DNA from: Rhizaria sp. SCN 62-66
Lineage: Eukaryota
DNA: 53,149 nucleotides
Direction: 5' to 3'
NCBI GenBank assembly: GCA_001724265.1
Contig: MEDY01000239.1
Coordinates: 1-53,149 of the forward strand
Part shown: one piece after another, positions 23,990 through 36,200 of the stretch
How the letters are laid out: each line of letters starts with the position of its first letter
How positions within the stretch are numbered: position 1 is the first letter of the stretch
The notes under the pieces: model-generated
What the model saw: the letters and a program-made list of their open reading frames with translations, nothing else
Databases searched by the model: none
Told to the model about the DNA's origin: nothing
Made by a program: the position numbers and the translations under genes

Positions 23990-26323
23990 ATGTTGCCATC
24001 TTCACCCCACGGGCCGCCACGCCCACCGGCTATCGCGACGCCCTACCAGCACTTGTTAACAACAACATCTGCCTCCTCCAGCCCTTACTCCATGAAGGCT
24101 CTCGGGAGCAAGCCGGTCAAGACGACTGCAGCTGCCAATGCCGCCGCATCGGGCCTCACGGCTCCCGCGTCTCCACCGCGTCACTCCCTGCATTCTCCGC
24201 TGCGCTCCGTGCCTACCTCCGCGATTGCGGCGGAGCTCTCGTCGCTCTCTGACGCCGCCACGGCGGCCGCGGCCGCGCGCGCCCGCCGTCGCCGCGCCGC
24301 CGCGGCCGCGCTCGAGTCCGTGGTCGCGGCCCGGCTCATGGGCGCCGTCAACGGCAAGGCGCGGGGCGAGCTGGAGCGCGCCGGGCGGGAGAAGGAGAGC
24401 AGGGGCGCCAAACAAGGTGGGATCGGCGGCCGCGGGCTCGATCAGTCACTTAACTCGGACAACAGCTACAGTAGCAACAGCGCTGGCGCCGCGATGAACA
24501 GCAACGGCGCGAACAATGCGCACACCGTCAAAGACACTACGACTGCGGCTGCGACATCTGCCAACATTAGTGGCAACGCTAAGGCGCCTGCGATTGTGAG
24601 TAATCTCGCCACTGGTGCCGATAAGTCTCTCGCATCCAAGACTGCCTCCCGCACCGTGCCTGGCGCCGACGGGGACAATGCGAGCACTGCCGTAGCGTCA
24701 GAGGCGGCACAAGACAGCAGTACTTCAGCTGATGCGAGTGCGAGCGCTGAATCCAAGACCGCCACCGACGACAGTGTTTTGCCTGCGATTCTCAACAACT
24801 GTCTCCGCGAGTGCCGCGCGCTCCGCACCGCTCAGAGCTCCGCGGAGACCGACAACAGCGGCAGCGGCAGCGGCGCTGACTCGGCGAGTAGCCGCGGCTC
24901 ACAGCCGCCGGCTGCAAGCGGTATCCACATTTTCAACGCCCAGCTGCAGTCGCCGTCGCCGCCACCGCCGTCGCCCCGTGGCGCCAGCGCCGACGCGAGT
25001 GGTGGCGCAGGCTCAGATGCGGTCAGTCATAGCCGCACACCTAGCGCCACCAGCGCCACTACCGCCACGCTCGCCTCGTTCGCGATCTTCCCTTACTTGC
25101 ACTCGCTGCCGCCGCTGCCACCAGAGGCCACACAGTTCATTCCCCACGCCTTCCCCACCGCGGTCGTGCAGTCGAACCTACTGATTACACCGCAGTCTAA
25201 TAACTCCAGCCAAACCAGCGCCAGCGCCAGCGCGAGTGCACGTGCGGCACAACAGCAGCAGCCCCAGCAGCTCTCCGGCTTTGGCAAGAACGTGAAAAGT
25301 GGAGAGGCTGTGTTTGCACAGTATACACTGCCGCCGCGGCCGCCGACGCCGGAGCTTCTGCGGCTGCTGGCCACGACGGCGCCGACGGCGATGACGGCGA
25401 TGGCGATGGGGCCGCCAGCGACGGGGCGCCGAAAATCAACATCCGCTGATGCTACCGCAACAACTACTGCGGGAGCAGAGCCGACACAGGCGGTCGCGAC
25501 GATGACTGATGTTGGCAACAACGCTATCAAGGCGCAGGATGACAGTCGCAACGCTCAATGTGATCACAACGACGACGATGACGACTGTTTGCCGAACGTC
25601 GTCGTGATCGGCGGCGAAAATGAGAGCAGAAGCAGCAACGGGGACGTGAACGCGAAGCAGCAGAAACGTCAGTCTGTCTCTGGTTTCGCTGCATCGCACG
25701 ATAACAGAGGCGGTAATGACGCAGCCAAAGACAGCGGCGACACTGATCAGTGTGATGACACTAACGAAGGTGAGGATGATGCGGTTAAACTTCTGCGTGC
25801 CGCGTCCAAGCTCTCGTTCTCTGATGCGGCCGTGTTGATTCGCCAACACCACTTAGACCAGCAGCGGAAGTACTTAGTTCCCTCGTCATCGTCCTCACTG
25901 TCACCTCTCAGCGCCGTGGATAGTCAGAGCAACAACACTAACATCGCGAACGCTGCGGCTGGTTTGAGTCCGTCTTCGCTCTCTCGCAACAGCACGAGCA
26001 GTGCCACCGCTGCCGGCAACCTGGGACTGCTCATTTACGGCAACACCTACGCCAACAACAGCAATAACACCGCGAACAACAACAATAGCACGAAGAGTGG
26101 CACTGGCAGCGCTAGCACCCGTCGGAACAGTGCGGCGACAGGGAAAACGTCAGGCGATTCGGCAGCCGAGCAGAGCGCCGGTGTCATTGCGTCCCTCGAG
26201 CTCAACGCGTCGCTGCCCGTGCTGCCGCCTGCGTTTGCGCCGCCACTGTCGCCGTCGTATCCCCACGGTCATATCCGCAGCAGCCACAGTCTCGGCTACG
26301 GCCACGGCCACGGCCACGGTCAC

Positions 26324-26362
<39 letters not shown>

Positions 26363-29300
26363 CACGGGAGCGCATTGCATCTGACAGCAACCGCGACCGC
26401 AACGGCAGCGGAAACGGCCAACGAGTTAGCCGAGGCCGAGGCTGATGCTGAGACGGACACCGAGACTGACACCGAAGCCGAGCCGGGGGCTGTAGCCAAG
26501 GCAGCCAAGGCAGCTCCAGCAACAGTGAAAGTGGCGCCCAAGGCGAGTGGTGCGAATAAGGTGACGCTGAGCGCTGGAGCGGTTAACACGGGGCCCAGAG
26601 CGGCGTCTAAGGGGGTACTTACCCAGCCTAAGATCATGTCAAAGCATGAGAGGCAGCAGCAACAGCGGCGACGCCTCTTCGCCAACATTGGCAAGGAACA
26701 CTTAGACACAAAAAAACCCTTAGACTTTGATGATGTGAACAGCGACAGTTGCGCGAACGCGAGCTCTGCTCAGACGACAGCGAAGTCCCAGTCGCCGCGG
26801 TCTAATGCGGCGAGCAACAGCGCAAAGGCTGCGGGCGCCCGCGCGAGCCCGAACAGTGCGTTGTCGCTGCCGATCTTGTCTCTGCCCCTTCCGGCGCAGG
26901 CGCATTCGCAGACGCAGGCGCTGCTTCAGCCTCAGTCTCAGCCCCAGTCGCAGCTTCAGCAGCAACTGCAGTCTTCGCTGCAGCAGCCGCAGCAGCACCA
27001 GTTCGTGTCGTCCGCGCTTGAGGGCGTGCTTGCAATGGCGCGCGCCGAGGCGGCGTCGAAGTGGGCGGCCTACCTTAAGAAGGCCGCCAAGCGCGACGGC
27101 CTAACTTTAAAACCCGCCGCTACGAGCAGTATGGGCTCAGACCAAGAAGATCCCGCAACTTCGCCGTCTGCAGCTGGAACAACTGCAACCATGAGCCCTT
27201 CGAGCTCTGCCAGCAAGAGCAAGATCAAGACATTGGCCGAGGCCCAGGCTGAGGCAGACGCGGAGGCCGAGGCCGAGGCTGAGGCTGAGGCTGAGGCTGC
27301 GAACATTGCCGGCGCCGGCGCCGCGGCCGTGGCCGTGGCTGGTTCCGCCCCACCGCCGCTTCACAGTGGCGCCGGCGCCGTTGCTGCCCGCGGTCGCCCC
27401 AGCGCTATGACGCACCGGCGGCTGGGAAGTTTGACCGCCCTGCTCACGGTCACCCCGGAGGCCGCGCAGAGCCAGTACCTGTCGCAGGCCGTGCCCACGG
27501 TCGCCGCCGCCGCGGAGGCCGCCGCCGTGGCCGGAGTCGGGGTGCCTGGGGCCTTCGCGGCCGGCGGCGGCAGCAGCAAGGGGTCTTTCACTGGCGGCGT
27601 CGAGAAGAGCTCGGGCAAGGGGGCGCACGCGAGGTCTAAGGGTGCGCCTGGCAAGCCGCCCGGCGGGCTGGAGACTGTGAGCGAGAGCGGACCAGCCACC
27701 CCTCAGAACAGCGCGGGCAACAACCTTGAGACTGAGTCACATTTCAAGCGTCAGACACAGTCAGGGCCAGAGCCTACGTCGGAGCAAGCGCCAGCGCCGG
27801 AGCCTGCGCTGAGCCCCGCCGAGGCCGAGGCCAAGTGGCTGACCCTCGTGGCTGCGCGCGCCCGCGCCCGCGCCCGCGCGCGCGCTGCTGCGGCCAAGGC
27901 GGCTGCGCACGAGTCTAAGTACCCCTTACTCACCGCTGCTGCCAACGCCTGCAATAGCATTAGCGCTCACGCTGATCCCGATGCGAACGCTGGTGCGAAC
28001 AACGGGCTGCTCACTTTGCCGATGCTGATGCCCCCGCCTACAACAGCTTCGTCCGAGACGCGGCTTAACTTATCACAACAAGGCGACTTAAGTTCCTTCT
28101 CAGGCGTTAGTCACTGCGGTCAGAGTCAAAGCGCACGATCGCACTGCAGCAGTAACGTTGTCGGTGCTCGGACTGGCCGCAGTGTAAGTTTCGCCCCCTT
28201 AGACGGCCATCTAAGGGGCTCTGATGTCCCTGTGTCGATGAAGACGCTGGGGGCGATGTCCAAGTCTCAGTCGCAGTACAATCCGTCCAGTAGCATCAAC
28301 ACCGACGTTTACTCCGAGCTGAACAACGCCGGCGCGGGGCCGGCGCTGTCGACGCTGTCGGCTCTTTCGTCGTCGCTGACGCTGTCGCAACCACTCTCTC
28401 TCACGCAGCCGCAGTCGCTGAGTGACTGTGAGCAGGAGCAGCAACATCAAGAGCAGCAGCAGCGTCAGCAACAGCAACAACGGCTGTTGCTGCTGCTGTC
28501 GCCGCGCGAAGAGAAGTGGGTGAACAAAGCGCTCACGCGGGCCGTCGAGACGACGGCGGCTGCTATCGATGACGTCACAAGCTGGAACTATACCACTAGC
28601 CGCACTGGCGATGATGTGGTCGCGGAAAATGCCGCAAACACGGAAAACGTGAAGTCTGACACAAGCACGAAAAACACTGATAACGCCAACTCTGCGCATA
28701 CGTCTAACCCAAGTGCTTTGAACTCAGATCGCGGTCAGCGGATGCGAAACACCAGCCACAACAACATTACGACTGCGAACACCAAGAGTGCCAGTAGTCT
28801 AAGTACCTCTGTCCGTCTAAGTGGGACTCAGAGCGGGGGTGGCCGTGTAAGGGGCGTTCTGGGCACACTTAGCGACGCGCAGCGCGCCGCCGTCTCCCAG
28901 TCTGCGCTCGCAGCCGCGACCGCGGCCTGTATGCCTCCGCCACCGCCACAGCGAAAGTCGGACAATGGCGCTAACAGGGCCGGTCTGAGCGCGCGTAACC
29001 GCGACTGCGCCTTTGGCCGTGACCATGAGAGCGCCAGGATGGCGAGAGCGATTTCCGCTGCTGCCAGCGCTGCTACCTCCAGCACAAGCCTGAGACTCAG
29101 CAACACGCAGCCTGTCAGTGCCCGAGCTCCTACTGCTGCTACAGCTACGACAGCGTCTGCAACGGCGACTCCGACTGCGAGTCGCACATCTAGCCATGGC
29201 GGCGGCGGCGGCAGCGGCAGCGGCAGTCACAGGGGGCCGCCGGCGCTGTTGTCACCCCTCGTGCGCTCCGCCGTAGCTCTAGCGACTTACACGTCATCGT

Positions 29301-29848
29301 TCGGCACGGCGTCGTCATACAGTCAGCAGCAGCAGCATCTAGAACAGCAGCAGCAGCAGCAGCAGCTTCAGCAGCAACAGACAACCGTTGACGGCGCTAG
29401 CAGCGCGAGCAGTAGCGCTGCCGGCAAGAGCTCTGCCAATAGCCTGGCCTTCTCCGGGCCGTTCTCGAGCTCCCATGACGCCCCCTTCGGCCACAGCCTC
29501 GACTCGCAGTCGCGCTGGCTTTCCCGCGCCGCGCAAAGTTTGGCCGCCTCGGGGCTCACCAAGGGCGGCGACATCCTCACGACGAGCGCGCGCGACTGGC
29601 GCCTGCTGCGTGCGCGCGCGCAGGAGCAGGGCGAGCAGCTCGCCGCCGCGCGCGCCGCGGCCGAGGCGGCAGCGGCCCGAGTCGTCGGCCGCCGCTGGGA
29701 CGCCGAGCAGGTTGAGATCAGGGGCGCGATGGGCGCCGCGCGGGGCAAGGTGCGGTTTGTGTTTGCCGTGGAGAGGGTGATTGAGGCCAATCGCAGGGAG
29801 AGGGCCAAGAGGCAGTGCGCCGTGGGCGTCGAGCTTGGCGTCGACTAA
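23990..29848 (+). CDS. 1952-aa low-complexity protein of unknown function
   Basis: Uninterrupted 5.86-kb GC-rich ORF from ATG to TAA between AT-rich flanks. No recognisable domain; a few helical-looking islands. Confidence 0.8.
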
Positions 29849-30203
29849 CTTCGCTTAAGCAGCCAAGTGCTGTTCAAGCTGGTTTACAGGGATCATATTT
29901 GAGTTATATAGAAAACAAGGGAGATTTAGCTTCAAACTAAGTTACATAATACGAATACATACTTTTTATTTGGTTAACTCTTTTCGATCTTGTACTAATC
30001 ACGCGCTTCTGTGGTCAGGACAGCTTCTTGCCCATTTGCCCGCCATTGCGAGAGGTGAGGACAAAATATCGAGCGTTTGACTTGCACATGCAATATCTCA
30101 ATAGAATGATCGTCGGTAATTCCTAAACTTGACCATGCTCTAAATCAACCACTTTTGTCATCATTTCCCTTTTTATACTATTTCCTGTTGCAGGTGTCGG
30201 CGT

Positions 30204-33200
30204 ATGTCTTTGTACAACAAACGCCGCACCAAGATTGGTCCTCCAGACCCCGCGGGCACTGCTGCCGATACACCAACACCATCGTCACAACTCACGACAG
30301 CCGATAGCAGCACCGGTATGCTTGCTGCGCCTTACAGCGTCATTGCCGGTAGTGTGGCTAATCCATCTGGTGCTGCTTTGCACTCTGTGCGCTTGTCTGA
30401 GCCTCATCATACCTCCAACACTTCGACTCTTTGTCCTGCAACTACCACGACTTCCAGCCCTGCGCCAAACGTGACGTTTGGCCATGATGTGCCATCTTTA
30501 ACCAACGCACTGTTAGCGACCGGGGCTGCGCCGACAGTGTCAGCCACAGCAACAACTCTAACGACATCCGTCTATGCCTCATCGTTATCAACGTCGGCGT
30601 CAATTCCAGGCGCAGCGCCAGTGTCTGCCTCGCCGTCTTCCTTGCTGTACCAAGGCCGCAGCCGGTCTTTTGGCCACTCTGGCGTGACTGCAATGCACCG
30701 TGGCCTGACCTCAGGCCTTGCACACCGTTATCACGCAACCGGCGGGAGCAAAAGCAACAGCAATAAAGGGCGAATCAACGATTCTCCACGTGCGAACGAC
30801 GCAAAAAACGACACGAGCATCGGTGTCAGCACGGCAACTCACGACGATTCACGCGCTGACACGCACCCTTACATGCCCTCTGGAGGTGTAAGTGCTGCGA
30901 GTACCGGCGGCAACGTCACCACGATCGGGACCTGGCGCCGCACCCGCGGCAAAGTCGCTCCCCAGGCTCCAAACACCCCTACCGCAGCCAGCGATACTTA
31001 CCGTGACAGTCACACCGCATCGAGCTCCTCAGAGTCCCTGTCTCAATCTGGCCTCCAGTCATTGGCTTCGAACACAGGCCCACCGCTCTCGTCGTCTGGC
31101 AGCCAGTCCGAGGCGTACTACGTGACGCGCCTCGGCGAGCGCCTGCCCCCGGGCCCGCTGTCCGCGGCGGCCGCACGGCGCGAGCAGGAGGAGCAGGGGC
31201 TTAGGCTGGGAGCGGCGGCCTACGTGGCTGCGACGCTGCAGAGCAACAGCAACAGCAACGTCGGGATGAAGAGCGACTCTGAGCAGCAGCTGTGTGACGG
31301 TGACCAGGATGAGTTTTCTTGGGACAGTGCGCCATTAGGCCTGGCTTTTGAACAATTTTCAGGCAGGAGTAATGCTGTTCGTGCGCATTCTACGGCGATT
31401 GCTGCCGTATCAACCTCACATGCAGAGACGGTGACCGAGATTACGGTGAAGATTGAGTCTTCGTTAGATGCCACCGAGTCAGGGGCTGAGACCGAGGCAG
31501 ATGCGGCTGTACTTCCGCGCATCAAACGGCCGACCTTTGGGTCTCAACTTGACACCACTGCGCACAGGACGGCCGATGCAGCGTTAAACGCGTCATCTCA
31601 GTCGTCTGCTAGTGTCCAGTCTAAGTATCACGACTTCGCCCCGCTGCCACTCACCGCGTCTAAGTGGGCGCTTCCCCTACAGTTCACCACTGCACTTGCC
31701 GCCCGCGGCGTCACGCACCTGTATCCCTGGCAGGCGGCCTGTCTTTCTCTCCCAGGCGTGCTCGAAGTCAAGCCGCAGACGCACCGGACGACGGCTGCGA
31801 AGCAGAAGCACGGGCCTGGGCCGGCGACATTGCGCAATGTCGTCGTGTCCGTGAGCACGAGTGGCGGCAAGACGCTCGTCGCGGCCATCATTGCGCTGCG
31901 CCGCCTGCTGGAGCCCGCGCCGCTGCCGTCCCCAGGCCTCTGCGCTGACCCTCACGGTCGCTCGGCCACAAGCCGCCCGAATGGCAAGTCTCCCGTTCGC
32001 AGCCACAGTCTCAGTCACAGTCACCGCGTGGTGCTCTACCTTGTGCCCCTCGTCGCCCTTGCTGCAGCGACAGCGGCAGAACTTAGCACCCTGCTCGCGC
32101 CCCTCGGGCTGCGAGTAGCGTCCGCCGCCGGCAACACAGTCGCGCTCGCGAGCAACAGCGGCGCGAACGCGAGCGCGCAAGGCGGTGGCGGCGCGAGTGC
32201 TCTTGACACTGGCGCTGCCGGCGGTGCTGGCGCTGGCGTGGGCGCTGCGAGCACGGCTGCGGCGGCCGCCGGCGCGGACGTGTTGGTGCTCACCTACGAG
32301 AAGGCGACGGCGCTGATCTGGCATCTGACAGCATCAGCGCGCACAAAGGCGAAGACGACCACTCGAGCAACACCGACAGTTTCACAAGCTGCGACAGGTT
32401 CACAGTCGGGTGCGGCGGGCGCTGCATCTGAGGCTGATGTCGAGCTTGAGTTCGAGCCTCCCGCCATTGCGATCCCGCTCGTGGTCGTCGACGAGGCGCA
32501 CGCAGTGACCGACGAAAACGGCCGCGGCGCGGCGCTGGAGGCACTGATCACCGCGATGCACGCGGCGCAGGGCGGCGCTAGTTACATGCGGGGCCTTGGT
32601 ACTCACGCGGGCGACCATGGCGCTGGCAGTCAAAGCGCTGCTGTCTCAAAGACAGCGACTCTGGCGCCCGTGTTGCCGCGGACGCAGATGGTGTTGATGA
32701 GCGCTACTATGCCCTCGACGTCAACAAGGAGCACAACAGAGTCAGCGACCACAAACCCGAGACGGACTCAGGTGACTGTGGGCAGGGGCGTGTTTGGCAG
32801 ATGGCTGCGCGGTGCGGTGCAGTGGCCGCCTGCGTGGGCGCCGGTGCGGGACACGGGAATGCCAGGAACGCACACGTTGACAGCGGGCAATGAGACTAGC
32901 ACTAGCCGCAACCGCAATCACGTTGAGAGTGCATCCGACGGCGATGATAATGATGATGATGACGAGTTAGTAGCAGCTCTAAGGGGCTCCTTAGAGCAAC
33001 CCCTGCGCCCAGTGCCCTTAGAGATTGCGATTTACACTCCAGACCGTCAGCCGCCTCTGCTGCCACAGGAAATTGATCAGTCGCTCCCACAACTACCGTC
33101 TCCGTTGCGATCACAGTCAAAGACTCAGTCCCCTGTGAAGAATCGTGCAAACAACAACGGACCTAGCGGTATGCCAGGTGGTAATCTTGGTAATCTTCAG

Positions 33201-36200
33201 GCCTGTAGCGGCTACGACGGCGGAGCTCTGCGCGTGGTGGCCACCGACACCGGCCACGGCTGGGTGCGCACCGCCAGCAACTCCGACAACAGCAACGCTC
33301 TTCACAACGGAACAGCGACAGTAATGTCGCCAACAACGTTAGCAGTGCGACCCTCAGTCGCAGCATCGCTGTTCCGAGACGAGTTTTTTGGTCCGGCGAT
33401 CCGCCAGGGCGGCGCGCGGCGCAGCGGCGCGCTGCTGCCCCTCTGTGCGGCCGCTGTTGCGCTGGCTGGCAGGGCCGTTGGCGTCCCTGTGGCAGGCGCG
33501 GATGCCGCATCTATGAGCGCTGGCGTGAGCGCGAACATGAAGACTGAGAACATGCTTGATAATGACAAGGACGACGACGATGAGGATGACTTTGCAGACA
33601 ACAATAGCAATTCTACTAGTTCTATTTCTCGTGATGTAAGCCTCGACAGAAAAATGACTTCCCGCGCGAACGCTCCGGCAGCGCGCGCGAGCGCGACAGC
33701 TCACCCTAACACGAGCGCGAACACACTGGCAGACGCGGACACGCGTGCGAGTACTAGCACCGACACTAAGACCAAGAGCAGCGGCGGCGGTGTGATTGTG
33801 TTCCTGCCTACTCGTGACCGCACCGAGCAAACGGCACTGTCTCTCGCGTTTCAAAGCGCACACTTAACGAACCCCAATTCGAAGAGCCAAGCCGCAGTCG
33901 CCCAAAGCCAATCTGCGTTGGTGCGAAACCAAACCGAGCTGATTCAGAGTCTAGCTGCGTTCAAGCTTGCTCAAACGCAGTCCGCAGTTGAGGTGCGGAA
34001 GAGTCAACTGACCCCCGGCTCTGTTTATAAAACAGCGTCAAAGCCAGCAGCAGCGACAACATTATCAAAGTCACTGACAGAGGCACTCCAGTCACCCACG
34101 ATGACTGCAGGAACAAGTGTTCCAGCAAACAATAGCCGTCGGAGTAGCGCAAATCACCCTGCGAGTAGCACGACTCAAACCGAGCTGCAGCGACTGCTGG
34201 AGCTATTGCGCCAGCATTCTCGTCTGTTGTAGCAATACAACATGCAGCAGCAGCGCGAGTGCAGCGTGTTCCTTGGCCACATGCGCGTCTCTCTAAGCCC
34301 GCGGCTTAGCATCGACACACATACGCGGCTAATCAAGCTGAAGCCACTTGCGAGCCCAGGCTATGATCGCGCTCTGCAGTCCGCTTTGGTTGTTGCGGAA
34401 ACACCCATGAAGCTGGTCAGTTCTCCATCTAAAGCGTCATCTGCTCCTTTGAGTAAATCAACCGCCCCATCATCACCAGTGAAGGCTGAGACTGCAGTAG
34501 TCTCTGTCGTTGCTGCCGCTGCTGCTGCCATCGAGACTATCACTCAGCTCACAGTCGCACCGAGCGCCAGTGCTGAGGCTGTTGCCCCCATGCCGCTACT
34601 GTGGGCCCGTGCGATTGCTGCTTCATGCGTTCTTTGCCCGCCTTCTAGCGCACAACCATTTGCGCCATCTCCGTTGCAGCCACAGGCACAGTCTCTGGTG
34701 CCGCTGTCATTTCCGCTGGCCCCTGTCACGTCGTGCTCATAGTCGCTTTGGCTTTTTTGTAGCCGCTTTCTCTGCCCGCCTCCGCCAAAGAGCAATCAAA
34801 GTGCCCTCTTAGATGAGGTTGGGTGCCGGTTAGTTGCTGCGGCGTTTACGCTGATCCACGGGTACTTAGACGTTTCCCTCGACAATCTCAGGTCGAACCT
34901 TACGCTGACACATCTAAGTACCGCCACGGCGCCCACCACTCTGATTTTTAGTCAGGAGTGTGGGAGCTATGCTATTCCACTTCACAACAGTTACAACCAT
35001 AACTTTAGCAACACAAATGCACACCTTGCAGTAACCTTGACACCAATCATGGGCGCAAACTTAGGCTCTGTGATGGACACCTCCACTGCTGCGCATAACA
35101 TGTTTTTAGCTCACAGTCAGCGCAGGTACTATCACGGCGGAGCACAACCAGGGGCTGATGGAGATCTCTCGATCTTTGCCACCGGGGCGATGCTGGGAGG
35201 CGTATTTTACGTGCCTTCGGTCGCAGCTGCTATCACTCTAACGAACCTCTTGTTCCCACCTCTGACCAGCAGCGACAACAGCGAGGTGGACAATCACTCG
35301 GATGCTGCCACTGCTAATTGTTACTTGCTGTCGTGGCTTCGTGCCCGCGCCCGCGCATTCGCTCTGCTTGCTTCACAGTCGCAATCTTTTGCGGGTGCAG
35401 CCAGGGCTGCTGCTGCTAGCCTTCGCGACACGAAAGCTGTCGTCGCTACTGCAAATGCGGCAGCTGAGTCTGCATCTTCGTCTGAGCAATCGAGTGAGCT
35501 GGTGTTGGAGCGACTCACTCCAGTGGTATCTTTGTGTCACACCGACTACGACCTGTCGAAGCACCCCGGCTTCTCTCATCTGACGACCTCGCAGCGCCCT
35601 CCTTTCGACTCATCGATTTTCTCGGTCTTGCTACTACTGGGGGTCTCGCCGCACCACAGCGCGCTGCCCCCCGCGCACCGACGCCTGGCCGAATTCGCAT
35701 TTGCGTCGCGCGTGCTCGCAGTCATAACGGCCACGACGACGCTCGCGGCGGGGGTGAACCTCCCGGCGTCAGTGGTGGTGTTGACCTCGCACTTGACCGG
35801 GATCACGCCGCTGACGCCGCCGCAGCTGAAGCAAATGGCGGGCAGGGCAGGACGCATGGGCGCGGATGCTGCAACGAACAGCACTGCAACTGCTGCCGAG
35901 TCTAAGACTGAGACTGATGCTGATGCTGATGCAGAAGCAGTTGCTGTTGCAGAGGCAGCCGGGGCAGCCGGGTTGTGTGTGCTTGTTTCTGGCATCGACA
36001 CTAAGGAGGACACGTGGCGGCGGCTTATCTTTGATACCAGCGACTCCGAGCGCAGTAAACAATAGAGCCAGCCACAGAGCAAAGCGGGCGGCGCTCCCGT
36101 CCGATTCAGTGTGTCTGACGACTGTGCGAGTAGCTGGTTACGTAAGCTTCCTCCGCCATCGCTCAGCTTATACTTTCAACAACAGCGACAACAGCAACAC

